A stretch of 46,217 nucleotides of DNA from Frankiaceae bacterium (GCA_031424715.1 JANPHZ010000158.1:1-46217), one strand, 5' to 3'. Shown: positions 15,042-24,432, numbered from the stretch's first letter. Program-made: numbers and translations. The notes: a model not told the origin generated them from the letters alone.

Positions 15042-16138
15042 GGACGCTGGTGGTGACCAACGACTTCCCGCCGCGACCTGGCGGTATCCAGGCCTTCGTC
15101 CACGCGCTGGCATCGCGGCAGCCGGTGGACGAGGTGGTCGTGTTCGCGTCGAGCTGGCAGGGAGCGCCTGCCTTCGATGCGGCACAGGGGTTCCCCGTGG
15201 TCCGGCTGCATGGGTCGCTCATGCTGCCGACGCCGACGGTGCTTCGGCAGGCCCGGCAGATCGCCGCTGCCGAGGGCTGCGACCGGGTGTGGTTCGGGGC
15301 GGCAGCGCCACTGGGGTTGCTGGCACAACCCCTTGCCCTGCAGCGCTCCGTGGCTTCGACCCACGGTCACGAGGTCGGTTGGGCGATGCTGCCCGGAGCT
15401 CGGCAGCTGCTCGCAAGGATCGGTCGGGACACCGATGTCGTCACCTACCTGGGCGACTACACCCGCCAGCGACTCGCCCCGGTCCTGCCTCGGCTCGAGC
15501 GGCTCCCCTCCGGGGTCGACACCGAGCTGTTCCGGCCCGGCGCGGGCGGCGAGCAGGTCCGGGCGCGACACGGCCTGACCGGACGCCGCGTCGTCGTCTC
15601 GGTATCGCGGCTGGTCGAGCGCAAGGGGCACGACGTGCTCATCCGGGCCCTCCCGGAGATTCGACGACGGGTGCCCGACACCGCGCTGCTCATCGTCGGG
15701 GGCGGTCCCTACCGCCAGCAGCTGGAGCGGCTGGCGCGCGAGGCCGGGGTGAGTGAGCACGTGGTCCTCACCGGGTCGGTGCCGTGGGCTGAGCTGCCGG
15801 CTCACTACGACGCCGGCGAGGTCTTTGCGATGCCGTGCCGCACCCGCCGCGGGGGTCTGGAGGTCGAGGGCCTGGGCATCGTCTTCCTCGAGGCCTCGGC
15901 AACCGGAATCCCTGTGGTGGCAGGACGTTCTGGTGGCTCGCCAGACGCCGTCCTGGAGGGGGAGACGGGCCACGTCGTCGATGGGACCAGTGTCGGTGCG
16001 GTGGCTGATGCGGTGGCCGGCCTGCTGGCCGATCCCGAGCGGGCGCGACGGATGGGCCAGGCGGGTCGCGCGTGGGTGGAGCGCGAGTGGCGCTGGGACG
16101 TGCTGGCCCAGCGGCTCAGAGCGCTGCTCGCCGGTTAG
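15038..16138 (+). CDS. GT4 family glycosyltransferase, PimB-like mannosyltransferase
   Basis: VRTLVVTNDFPPRPGGIQAFVHAL at the N-terminus, and EGLGIVFLEASATGIPVVAGRSGGSPDAV (the E-x7-E region). The GTG at 15038 overlaps the M48 stop (GTGA); the track start at 15020 is also possible. Confidence 0.85.
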   Translation: MRTLVVTNDFPPRPGGIQAFVHALASRQPVDEVVVFASSWQGAPAFDAAQGFPVVRLHGSLMLPTPTVLRQARQIAAAEGCDRVWFGAAAPLGLLAQPLALQRSVASTHGHEVGWAMLPGARQLLARIGRDTDVVTYLGDYTRQRLAPVLPRLERLPSGVDTELFRPGAGGEQVRARHGLTGRRVVVSVSRLVERKGHDVLIRALPEIRRRVPDTALLIVGGGPYRQQLERLAREAGVSEHVVLTGSVPWAELPAHYDAGEVFAMPCRTRRGGLEVEGLGIVFLEASATGIPVVAGRSGGSPDAVLEGETGHVVDGTSVGAVADAVAGLLADPERARRMGQAGRAWVEREWRWDVLAQRLRALLAG

Positions 16139-17637
16139 CCCGCGGCGACGACGTGCACGATGCGCGCGCGGGTGTGCGGTTCGTCGTACGCCTTGAGGCT
16201 CTTGCGGATCGACAGCGCTGACAGGCCGCAGATCGGGAGCCCGAGGACGAGCGGCACGGTCCAGTCGCCTGCACTGGTGGACGCTCCCAGGGTCATGCCG
16301 ATGAGCGCCGTCGCCCCGGCGAGCCGCACGCTCGCGGCGACGAGCGCGCCCGGCGGGGTGACCGCGTCGCGCGGTGCCCGCAGGTCAGCGCGGTGCGGGT
16401 GGTGGACCGACAGACGCAGGCACAGAGCGATGACGACGGCGGTGCAGGTCACGGCGGAGACGACGACCGCGGTGAGCTCGGCGGCTGTCGGGGGAGCCGG
16501 GGCGCGCACGGCGCCGGCGATGGCGGCCAGCAGCACCGCGCCCGTGATCGTCTCGGCGAGGACGATGACCTTGGCCCGCGCCAGCAGTCGTGGCGGGTGT
16601 GGCAGCGACGCCAGCCACACCGCCCCGGACCCATCGAGGCAGAAGGCGTTGATGCCGAAGAGCAGGCCCGCGCCGGCGGCGACGAGACCGGGGAGGGCGG
16701 CCAGGGACTTCCAGGGCACGGCAGCGCCCGCAGCGGCGATGCCCGGCAGGATCGCGAGGACCAGCGCGCCGCGCCGCAGGGGGGCGGCGCGCCAGACGCT
16801 GGCGCGGTCCATGGCGACCAGGGCTCGCAGCGGCGAGGAGGCTGGGTCGCGCCGGCGTACGGCCCGGTCTTCCCCGATGGGGGTGGCGTCCAGGGGGCGG
16901 CGCAGGGCCCAGTCGCAGGCATGTCGGCCCAACACGAGCGAGGCCAGCGCGACGGCGCAGAGCGCCGCGGTCACCTGCCACCAGGCCGCGTCGGAGGGGC
17001 TCGACGAGCCGACCGCTCGGACCACCATGGGAGCCGGGCTGAGGTCGAGGATCCGCTGGCCCTGCTCGAAGCGGAAGGCGGTGATGGCCCCGAGGGCTGC
17101 GACGGCGACGGTGCAGCGCACCAGCAGCCGACCGCGCTTGGACTGGCGCAGCCCGACGACGAACCAGGCGAGGGCCTGGCCCCCCGCCGTACACGCGGCC
17201 ACGTAAGCAGCTGTCGTCGCGGCGCCCCGAGCGGGTGAGCCGTCGCCCAGGGTGAGGTAGGTCGTCTCGGCGGTGAGCACTACCAGCTGCAGCACCCACA
17301 CGAGGTTGAGCGGGGCGAGCACGAGCGAACCGAGGAACTGCGTCGCCGGCCGTACCGGATAGGCGACGAGCTGCGACGCGGGCATCACCTCGCTGCCACC
17401 ACCGGCCGTCAGCGGCGCGATGATCGCCAGCAGGCCGAAGCCGAGGTAGGACGGGGCGGCTGCGCTCAGCGCAGCGGTGAGGGCGTCGGGATCGATCCGG
17501 CCGGGGCTCGCGATGGCTGCGGCCAGCAGCAGCGCGACGAGCACCGGCGCCAGGAGCAGGACCGCCTGTGTGCGGCGGGAGCGCATCATCTGCCAGCGCA
17601 GCCGCAGCAGAGCCCTCAGCTGACGGGTCGGGCTCAT
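16135..17637 (-). CDS. Polytopic membrane protein, probable permease partner of the upstream ABC ATPase
   Basis: 500 aa with many hydrophobic segments. 4-nt overlap with the stop of the ATPase gene. No family motif recognised. Confidence 0.6.
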   Translation of the reverse strand: MSPTRQLRALLRLRWQMMRSRRTQAVLLLAPVLVALLLAAAIASPGRIDPDALTAALSAAAPSYLGFGLLAIIAPLTAGGGSEVMPASQLVAYPVRPATQFLGSLVLAPLNLVWVLQLVVLTAETTYLTLGDGSPARGAATTAAYVAACTAGGQALAWFVVGLRQSKRGRLLVRCTVAVAALGAITAFRFEQGQRILDLSPAPMVVRAVGSSSPSDAAWWQVTAALCAVALASLVLGRHACDWALRRPLDATPIGEDRAVRRRDPASSPLRALVAMDRASVWRAAPLRRGALVLAILPGIAAAGAAVPWKSLAALPGLVAAGAGLLFGINAFCLDGSGAVWLASLPHPPRLLARAKVIVLAETITGAVLLAAIAGAVRAPAPPTAAELTAVVVSAVTCTAVVIALCLRLSVHHPHRADLRAPRDAVTPPGALVAASVRLAGATALIGMTLGASTSAGDWTVPLVLGLPICGLSALSIRKSLKAYDEPHTRARIVHVVAAG

Positions 17638-18341
17638 GCGATCAGAGCGCGGTAGCGGTCACGGCCGCCGTCGCCGCGGAGCTCAGCGGCCGGGGCGGCG
17701 GCGACGACGACGCCGTTGCGCAGCACCACCGCCTCCTGGCACGCCTCGACGGCGAGGTGGAGCAGGTGGGTCGACACCAGGACGGCGGCGCCGGTCGTCT
17801 GCGCCTCGCGGACGACCTCGAGCGTGGCCTCGACGCCGATCGGGTCCACGCCGTCGAAGGGCTCGTCGAGCAGCAGCAGCCGCGGTTCGTGGAAGACCGC
17901 GAGGACGACGGACAGCCGACGCCCCATGCCGTGGGAGAAGCCGGAGGTGATGCGATCGGCTGCAGCGGTCAGGTCGAAGCGCTCCAGCAGCTCGGTCGCG
18001 CGCGCCTGCCAACCGCTGGGCATCCCGCGCAGCCGGGCCGCGAGCTGCAGGTGCTCCCACGCGGTGGCGCGGGGGATGAGCCCGCCGACATCGGGGCAGT
18101 AGCCGACGAGCGCGCGTACCCCAGAGGGGTCGTGCGCCGCGTCGACGCCCGCGACCCGGACCTGTCCAGAGGTCGGTGGCAGCACGCCGGCGAGGACGCG
18201 CATCGTGGTCGACTTACCGGCGCCGTTGCGGCCGACCAGGGCGACGCTGGTGCTCGCGCCGACCGACAGGTCAAAGCCCGCGACCGCGCGCACGCTGCCG
18301 AAGTCGACGATCAGGTCCTGGGCCAGGAGGACGGGTTCCAC
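17634..18341 (-). CDS. ABC transporter ATP-binding protein
   Basis: 235 aa. Walker A GRNGAGKST, signature FSHGMGRRLS, Walker B LLLLDEPFDGVD. Confidence 0.9.
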   Translation of the reverse strand: MEPVLLAQDLIVDFGSVRAVAGFDLSVGASTSVALVGRNGAGKSTTMRVLAGVLPPTSGQVRVAGVDAAHDPSGVRALVGYCPDVGGLIPRATAWEHLQLAARLRGMPSGWQARATELLERFDLTAAADRITSGFSHGMGRRLSVVLAVFHEPRLLLLDEPFDGVDPIGVEATLEVVREAQTTGAAVLVSTHLLHLAVEACQEAVVLRNGVVVAAAPAAELRGDGGRDRYRALIA

Positions 18342-18382
18342 GAAGATCTATCGGAGTCCGTGCCGCCACCCTTGAGGCCTGC

Positions 18383-19498
18383 TCAGCGACGTCGGCCGAA
18401 CCTTCCGACCTGGTCGGGCGGGTCCAGAGGGCCGGGAGCGGCGACCTCCTTCGGGTAGAGGGAGACCAGCCTGGCCTGCTCGTAGTCGATTGTGCCGTCG
18501 GCCACCAGATCGCTGAGTGCGCTCTCCAAGGTCTGCATTCCCTCGGACTGGTGCGTGCTCACGACGTTGCGCAGCTGGTTGGTCTTGCCCTCCTTGATGA
18601 GGTTGCGGACCGCCGAGTTGGCCACGAGCACCTCGTACGCCGCGACCAGACCGCCGGCGGCACGCGGCAGCAGTCGCTGGTAGACGATGCCGGTCAAGGC
18701 GTTGGCGAGCTGCACCCGGATCTGAGACTGCCGGTCCGAGGGGAAGACGTCGACGATGCGGTCCAGGGCCTGGGCGGTGTCGTTGGTGTGCAGGGTGGCG
18801 AGCACGAGGTGGCCGGTCTCGGCCAGGGTCAAGGCGAACGAGATCGACTCCAGGTCGCGCATCTCGCCGACGAGCAGGACGTCCGGGTCCTCGCGCAGCG
18901 CCGACCGGAGCGCCGCGGGAAAGCTCGCTGTGTCCTCTCCGACCTCCCGCTGGTGCACGACCGCCTTGCGGTTGGCGTAGACGTACTCGATGGGGTCCTC
19001 GACGGTGATGATGTGGCAGGCCCGCTCGGCGTTGATCCGATCGATCACCGAGGCGAGGGTGGTGCTCTTGCCGGCTCCCGTCGGGCCGGTCACCAGGATG
19101 AGCCCCTGGCGTAGGCCGGCGAAGCGCTCGAAGACCTCCGGCAGGCCCAGATCCTCGTAGGTCGGAATCTCATGGGGGATGAGGCGCAGGGCGATCGCGG
19201 TCTGCCCCTTGGTGCGGAAGGCGTTGCCGCGCAGGCGGGCACTGCTGCGCCAGGTGAACGAGAAGTCCACCTCCGCACCGCCGTCGAAGGCCGCTCGCTG
19301 TTGCGGCAGCAGGAGCTGGTGCAGCAGGTCCTCGGTGTCGGACGCACTCAGTGGTCCGTAGCCCTCGAGCGGACCCAGATTGCCGTCGACGCGCACCATC
19401 GGGGTCGCCTCGGGCGAGATCAGCAGGTCGGTGCCCTTGCTGTCCCAGAGCTGGGACAGCAGGTCGTCAGCCTGCAGGAGGGGGAGAGGCTTGGCCAT
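18383..19498 (-). CDS. pilT: Type IV pilus retraction ATPase PilT
   Basis: Walker A GPTGAGKSTTLA, Asp box and Walker B region DPDVLLVGEMRD, His box TGHLVLATLHTND. The start is taken at MAKPLPLLQ (Met15 of track ORF 18383..19540). Confidence 0.9.
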   Translation of the reverse strand: MAKPLPLLQADDLLSQLWDSKGTDLLISPEATPMVRVDGNLGPLEGYGPLSASDTEDLLHQLLLPQQRAAFDGGAEVDFSFTWRSSARLRGNAFRTKGQTAIALRLIPHEIPTYEDLGLPEVFERFAGLRQGLILVTGPTGAGKSTTLASVIDRINAERACHIITVEDPIEYVYANRKAVVHQREVGEDTASFPAALRSALREDPDVLLVGEMRDLESISFALTLAETGHLVLATLHTNDTAQALDRIVDVFPSDRQSQIRVQLANALTGIVYQRLLPRAAGGLVAAYEVLVANSAVRNLIKEGKTNQLRNVVSTHQSEGMQTLESALSDLVADGTIDYEQARLVSLYPKEVAAPGPLDPPDQVGRFGRRR

Positions 19499-19581
19499 GG
19501 CTCGACGGTACGAACGAGGACGCGCTCGTACATCGTCCAAACGGTCAGGCTTGGCGGCGCGAACTGACTAACGTCTTCGAC

Positions 19582-20319
19582 GTGCCTCCTCCGACTCGTC
19601 GCCGCGGCGGGGGTCCGGACCTGCCGTACCGCCTGATTGCGGGGGTGGAGCCGTGTCCGAAGGGTTGGCTCGTCGTCGGCGCCCGACTGCAGGGGGTCAC
19701 GGCCTTCCCGACGGAACCGGAGGTCTTCCCGACCTTCGCCGGGATCTTGGACTACCGGCCGTCGTACGACGTGATCGCGATCCACTGCCACCTGTCCTTC
19801 CCGGAGGACGACACCCCGGGCGGGCGGACCTGTGATCGGGAGGCCCGCAAGCTGCTCGGATTCGCGCGTGGCGGAGCGATCAAGTCGCCGCCCTCCCGGC
19901 ACTACCTGCGGACCCAGGATCTCGACGCGCGGGCGCAGAAGGGCCTGGATCCGATCAGCGCCCGGATGATGCGGCGCTACGCCGAGGTCGCCGAGGAGAT
20001 GCAGCCCTACCGGCAGCGGCAGGTGTTCGAGGTGCACCCGGAGCTGTCCTTCTACCAGCTCAACGACGACCAGCCGATGCAGCACTCCAAGCACACCGAG
20101 GAGGGCATTCTCGAGCGGCGCCGCCTTGTCGAGACGCGGATCCCCGGGGTTGACGTGGTCCTGGACGCGCAGCTGCCGGGTGGGGTCACCGCCCGGCACC
20201 TGCTGGATGCGACGGCAGACTTGGTGACGGCCCGGCGCATCGCTGCCCGGGCCGTCGACCGGCTCCCTGAAGATCCTGAGTGGGATGAGCAGGGAGTCCG
20301 GATGGAGCTGCTCCGCTAG
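19582..20319 (+). CDS. DUF429 (RNase H-fold, predicted nuclease) family protein
   Basis: Part of track ORF 19351..20319. An in-frame GTG at 19582 gives VPPPTRRRGGGPDLPYRLIAGVEPCPKGWLVVGA..., and RTCDREARKLLGFARGGAIKSPPSRHYL resembles the DUF429 core. The start is uncertain. Confidence 0.65.
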   Translation: MPPPTRRRGGGPDLPYRLIAGVEPCPKGWLVVGARLQGVTAFPTEPEVFPTFAGILDYRPSYDVIAIHCHLSFPEDDTPGGRTCDREARKLLGFARGGAIKSPPSRHYLRTQDLDARAQKGLDPISARMMRRYAEVAEEMQPYRQRQVFEVHPELSFYQLNDDQPMQHSKHTEEGILERRRLVETRIPGVDVVLDAQLPGGVTARHLLDATADLVTARRIAARAVDRLPEDPEWDEQGVRMELLR

Positions 20320-20321
20320 TT

Positions 20322-20347
20322 GGCGCGCACGGTCAGGTGCACGCGCC
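20322..20347. terminator. GC hairpin (ggcgcgcac-ggtcag-gtgcacgcgcc) between the convergent DUF429 and pilin genes, overlapping the pilin stop codon; possible bidirectional terminator
   Basis: Imperfect inverted repeat read directly. Only 13 nt separate the two stop codons. Confidence 0.4.
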
Positions 20348-20686
20348 TGTCGCCGTGACCACCCCGCTGGCGTAGGTGATGAGGTACCCCTCAGTGGCCA
20401 CCGTCGCTGTCGGGAAGGTCTTCAGCGTGGCATTTGCGCCGGTGGTGAGATCGGATGACGTCGCGGCATAGGTGCCGACCTTCGCTTTGTAGGCCTCTGC
20501 GGCCGTCACAACGGTCTTCTTGTCGGCCTTGCACGCGCTGGCCTTGCTGTCGCTCGTTGCACTACCCACGGCAAAGACGACGATCCCGGCGAGGATGCCA
20601 AGGATGACGATGACGATGAGTAGTTCGATGAGGGTGAAGCCATCCTGACGGCCGGCGTCGAGCCGGGTCCGAAGCCGGTCGTTCAT
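20333..20686 (-). CDS. pilA: Type IV (major) pilin with prepilin N-terminal cleavage/methylation motif
   Basis: The start is at Met23 of track ORF 20333..20752, with GAAGGAGACCTC before the ATG. MNDRLRTRLDAGRQDG|FTLIELLIVIVILGILAGIVVFAV is a classic G|FTLIE class III signal. 117 aa, with a Cys pair (ACKAD ... GACT) near the C-terminus. Confidence 0.85.
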   Translation of the reverse strand: MNDRLRTRLDAGRQDGFTLIELLIVIVILGILAGIVVFAVGSATSDSKASACKADKKTVVTAAEAYKAKVGTYAATSSDLTTGANATLKTFPTATVATEGYLITYASGVVTATGACT

Positions 20687-20817
20687 GAGGTCTCCTTCGT
20701 GGGTGGGGTGTGCTCCTGTTAAGAACTGTGCTGCTGCGCCGGGCGGTGTCACATCGGACGATCGGTCGGGCCGATCGGACCTTCGGTCAGTTCCGGTAGT
20801 CCCTCTGGACTAGTGCG

Positions 20818-22314
20818 CTACTGGCTGCGCCAGCTCTTGACGTCGATGCTGTAGGGCGCGTAGTTGCTGACCGTGGCGACGGACCGCTGTCGAGCGGTGG
20901 TGCCGCTACTTGCGTCTGTCGCCTCGACGAGGACAGTGCGGAAGGGTGGGGGCGGCGTGCCTGCACCTGACGACGCGGAGATGGCCAGGGCATCGCTGCC
21001 GACGGCCGATGCCTTCAGTTCCAGTGAGTGCGCCACTACCCCGCCCCGCGCGGCGGCCACGGTGCCGTTGGTCGAGAACACCTCGACGTCGCCATTCGGC
21101 GCGAAGATCTTCGCGTTGACCTGCATGGCGCTGTTGTTGCCTCCTCCGGTCAGCAGCGGGGCTCCGACGACCTGCGCCGCGTACGAGGAGTCCGTGTAGG
21201 AGGAAGCGCCCACGATGTTGACGGGGACTGATGAGCCGCCTGTCGGTGGGCTGAAGAGGGTCACCGCCCCCTTGCGCACGTCCAGTCGAGCGTTGCTGCC
21301 GAAGACCCACGTGACCCCGTATGCGAAGCGGTACGGGGCGACGCTCCCGAGCAGGGGCAGCACTGCTGCCTGGGACATGGCCTTGGCGTCGTCCATACCC
21401 ATCGCGCTGCAAGCGTTCGCAGGAACGGTCGTGTCTGTCGTCGCGGAGCGCTGCCCTCCAATGACCTCGATGTTGGCGTCGTCGATGACCCACGGAGCGG
21501 CAGCGAAGTAGTACAAGCCGCTGACGAAGTAGTTCTTGCTGTTGTTGGTGAGCAAGGGCGGTGCGGCGTACCGTCCGGGGTAGTAGACGCGGCACTGGTT
21601 GGAGCCAGACGTCACCAGCGTGCCGCCGGTCAACACCGCAGGCAGGGCTGATGCGACAGGCGGTGCGCTGGGCAGGACCACCACGGGCAGGCTCTGAGTC
21701 AGTGTCTGCTCGGTGCAGGAGCGGAGCTGCCCCGTCCCGATCAGACGGACCTTCGTCAGCGCATCGAGCCCGGCTTGACAATTCGGACCGTTCGGCCGGA
21801 CCAGGTCTCCCTCGGTGATCTCGACGGGCTTGCCGACGTCCCCGTTGTCCACCGCGCCGTTCAGGAAGACTGAGCCGCCCACCTGTAGGTCCTGTGAGGT
21901 GCCAGACTGCGTGCGGAAGGCACCGTCGGAGGAGCTCGTGACGACGACGGCGTAGTTGCGGGCGGCGGCCTCGCCGGTCAGGGCTGCGCGGCCCGCAAGC
22001 GTGCTGCACGTCCAGGCGGCCGTCGTGCCGTTAGCGGTCAGCGTGCCGCTGCCGCTGCCGCTCGTTGGGCTGGTGCAACTGGTCGGCATACCCGACGCCA
22101 TCTCCGAACGGAGCTGCTGGAGTGCCCTGTCGACGCCGCCGTCCAGGGCGTACTGGACCTGGGTCCGGTCGCGGACCTGTCCGCCTACCAGAGTCGTCGA
22201 AGCGTTCTTGTCCAAGGCCACCGTCGCGAAGAGGCCGACCACGACAAGGAAGACGAGCGCGAGGACGAGCGCCACGCCTTCCTCGCCGTGCATCCGGTTC
22301 CATCGCCGTCTCAT
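20818..22314 (-). CDS. Large PilX-N-like pilus-associated protein (candidate tip/adhesin or minor pilin-like component)
   Basis: The track ORF 20818..22680 is over-extended. Met123 at 22314 overlaps the upstream stop (ATGA) and gives MRRRWNRMHGEEGVALVLALVFLVVVGLFATVALDKNASTTLVGG, a PilX/TadG-like N-terminus. The remaining ~450 aa are Thr/Ser/Gly/Ala/Val-rich. Confidence 0.6.
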   Translation of the reverse strand: MRRRWNRMHGEEGVALVLALVFLVVVGLFATVALDKNASTTLVGGQVRDRTQVQYALDGGVDRALQQLRSEMASGMPTSCTSPTSGSGSGTLTANGTTAAWTCSTLAGRAALTGEAAARNYAVVVTSSSDGAFRTQSGTSQDLQVGGSVFLNGAVDNGDVGKPVEITEGDLVRPNGPNCQAGLDALTKVRLIGTGQLRSCTEQTLTQSLPVVVLPSAPPVASALPAVLTGGTLVTSGSNQCRVYYPGRYAAPPLLTNNSKNYFVSGLYYFAAAPWVIDDANIEVIGGQRSATTDTTVPANACSAMGMDDAKAMSQAAVLPLLGSVAPYRFAYGVTWVFGSNARLDVRKGAVTLFSPPTGGSSVPVNIVGASSYTDSSYAAQVVGAPLLTGGGNNSAMQVNAKIFAPNGDVEVFSTNGTVAAARGGVVAHSLELKASAVGSDALAISASSGAGTPPPPFRTVLVEATDASSGTTARQRSVATVSNYAPYSIDVKSWRSQ

Positions 22315-22907
22315 CCGAGTCGCCCCCGAAGGCAGCCGCTGTACGAGTACCCCTGGGTGCCGATGTCCTGGGCGTAGCTCGGCAGCGTCACCGACAGTCG
22401 CCCGGCAGGGCAGTCCGCCGCAGTGGTCGTCGTCACGGTCACGGGCGTCGCCGAGCCGAGGTTGCGCAGCAGCAGGGAGTCGTCCGCCGCGCCGGTCGGG
22501 GGACACAGCCGCCGTACGAGCTGGTACCGGGTGCCGCCACCCACGGGGATGACGGGGTCGGGCGTCACGACGTAGGAGGAGCGCCAGGTGCCAGCTCCTG
22601 GCACGGGTGTGGGATCGGTCGGTGTCGCGGTCCACTCGGTCCAGCTCATGGTCATTACGGCCGTGCCCGCGCCCGAGCAAGGCGTGGAGGCGGTGCTCGG
22701 GGCCCCATCCGAACTGGCAAGGTCACGGTTGAGGTAGCTGCTCAGCACGACAGCTCCGCCGGTGTGGTCGTCCCGCTCGATCGTGTACGTGCCGTTCTTC
22801 AGAAAGGTGATGAGCGCTCCTGTGATGGCGCCCATGATGATCGTGAGGATGGCCGCAGACAGCAGCAGTTCGACCAGGGTGAAGCCGTCCTCGTCACGCT
22901 GTCTCAC
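22311..22907 (-). CDS. Prepilin-type minor pilin-like protein
   Basis: An in-frame GTG at 22907 overlaps the upstream stop (GTGA). VRQRDEDG|FTLVELLLSAAILTIIMGAITGAL carries the G|FTLxE motif. About 198 aa. Confidence 0.75.
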   Translation of the reverse strand: MRQRDEDGFTLVELLLSAAILTIIMGAITGALITFLKNGTYTIERDDHTGGAVVLSSYLNRDLASSDGAPSTASTPCSGAGTAVMTMSWTEWTATPTDPTPVPGAGTWRSSYVVTPDPVIPVGGGTRYQLVRRLCPPTGAADDSLLLRNLGSATPVTVTTTTAADCPAGRLSVTLPSYAQDIGTQGYSYSGCLRGRLG

Positions 22908-23287
22908 GGCCGCTTCACCACGGTCACAGAGAGCGCGAAGCCATTCCCCGTGACCTTGACGGGGACCCCGACCAGTTGTGCGCACGGCTGACTGTCGACG
23001 GCCACCGCGGGGTCGAAGGTGACCGCGTAGGCAGCGCTGCGCGGGACTTCGGTCAGCGTTGGCGGGGCCAAGACGACTCCGCAGGCAGGTGTTCCGGACA
23101 AGCCCTTGACGAACTCAGCAGCAGAGGCGAGGACGCTCTCGGCCTGCGCCTGCTCGCGGTTGATGCTCGTCGTCGTCACGTTCGTCACCAGAGCACCCGT
23201 CAAGGCGACGATGCCGATGCCGAGGACGGCCAGGGCTACGAGAATCTCGACGAGCGTGTCGCCGGCTTCTCCTTGCGGCCGGGGCAT
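22904..23287 (-). CDS. Prepilin-like minor pilin (atypical +1 residue)
   Basis: Met109 of track ORF 22904..23611, 1 nt after the pilC stop. MPRPQGEAG|DTLVEILVALAVLGIGIVALTGAL has Glu at +5 but Asp instead of Phe at +1. 127 aa with two Cys. Confidence 0.65.
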   Translation of the reverse strand: MPRPQGEAGDTLVEILVALAVLGIGIVALTGALVTNVTTTSINREQAQAESVLASAAEFVKGLSGTPACGVVLAPPTLTEVPRSAAYAVTFDPAVAVDSQPCAQLVGVPVKVTGNGFALSVTVVKRP

Positions 23288-23288
23288 G

Positions 23289-24425
23289 TCAGATCGACCT
23301 GCTGCTGTTGAAGATGCCGTACATCGCGGACACCAGCGCCACCGCCACAAAACCAACGACCAGGCCCATGACGATGATGATCGCCGGCTCGAACAGGTTG
23401 GTGAAGCGCTTGATCTTGTAGTCGAGCTCACGCTCGAAGTAGCCGGCGGCCGTCTCGAGCTGGTGGTCCAGGGTCCCCGTCGACTCGCCGACGCGGAACA
23501 TCTGCTTGGCCGAGGGTGGGAAGAGCCCGCTCTCGTTGAGCGGAGTGGCCAGGCCCTCACCCCGGAGCATCCGTTCGCGGACCTCCACCAGCCCGCGGCG
23601 GTAGACGGCATTGCTGGTCGCCGCCGAGGTCACCCGCATGGCCTCGGGCAGGGGGACGCCAGCCTGCATCATGCTGCTCAGGATCCGGCAGAAGCGCTCG
23701 AGCACGACGTGCTGGACCATGTCGCCGACGACCGGTAGGCGCAGCAGAACGCGGTCTCGCAGGGTCTTGCCGGTGTCGGTCCGCATCGCGGCCACGATCA
23801 GGATCACCACCACGAGCAGAGCCGCCACGATGTACAGGCCGTTGTCGCTGAGGAAGGCCGAGAACGAGAGCATGATGCGTGTGGGAAGGGGCAGTTCAGC
23901 GCCCAGGTCTGCGAAGAAGACCTCGAACTTGGGCAACACGACGGTCGTGAGGATGATGACCACCACAACGCCGAGCGCCATGATGACCGCTGGATAGGTC
24001 AGGGCCGACGTGATCTTCCGGCGCGCATCCACGTCGCGCTCGATGTAGTCCGAGAGCTGCACGAGCACGGTGTCAAGCTGACCGGTCAACTCCGCCGACC
24101 GCAGGATGCCTAGGTAGTAGGGCGGGAACGCGGAGGAGTGTTGCCCTGCGGCGTCGGCAAGGGTTGAGCCGGACCGCAGCGACTCGACGATGTCCTCGAC
24201 GATGGACCGAAAGTACTTGTTGCCCATCTCCTCATGGATTGCCTCGAGCGCGTCCAGGATCGGGATGCCTGCCTTGATAAAGACCGCGAGCTGACGGCTG
24301 AAGTGCATGAGGTCCTTGCGAGGAACCTTTTTAGAGGTCAGCTCGAACTGCAGGATCGACTTCTTCGGCCCCTTTGCCGTCGCGTCCACCTTGCCGGTAA
24401 CGCTCAGCTGATCGATGACGCTCAT
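23289..24425 (-). CDS. pilC: Type IV pilus platform protein PilC (T2SS F family)
   Basis: 378 aa with the two-fold T2SSF-like organisation (HFSRQLAVFIKAGIPILDALE and RFCRILSSMMQAGVPLPEAM) and 3 TM segments. Confidence 0.9.
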   Translation of the reverse strand: MSVIDQLSVTGKVDATAKGPKKSILQFELTSKKVPRKDLMHFSRQLAVFIKAGIPILDALEAIHEEMGNKYFRSIVEDIVESLRSGSTLADAAGQHSSAFPPYYLGILRSAELTGQLDTVLVQLSDYIERDVDARRKITSALTYPAVIMALGVVVVIILTTVVLPKFEVFFADLGAELPLPTRIMLSFSAFLSDNGLYIVAALLVVVILIVAAMRTDTGKTLRDRVLLRLPVVGDMVQHVVLERFCRILSSMMQAGVPLPEAMRVTSAATSNAVYRRGLVEVRERMLRGEGLATPLNESGLFPPSAKQMFRVGESTGTLDHQLETAAGYFERELDYKIKRFTNLFEPAIIIVMGLVVGFVAVALVSAMYGIFNSSRSI

Positions 24426-24432
24426 AAGAACC

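Noticed and set aside
20687-20817. Sigma-54 type (GG-N10-GC) promoter upstream of the pilin gene, as in many Gram-negative pilA genes
   Set aside because: I could not find a convincing TGGCAC-N5-TTGC match. The adjacent regulator is NarL-type rather than NtrC-type, and actinobacteria generally lack sigma-54.
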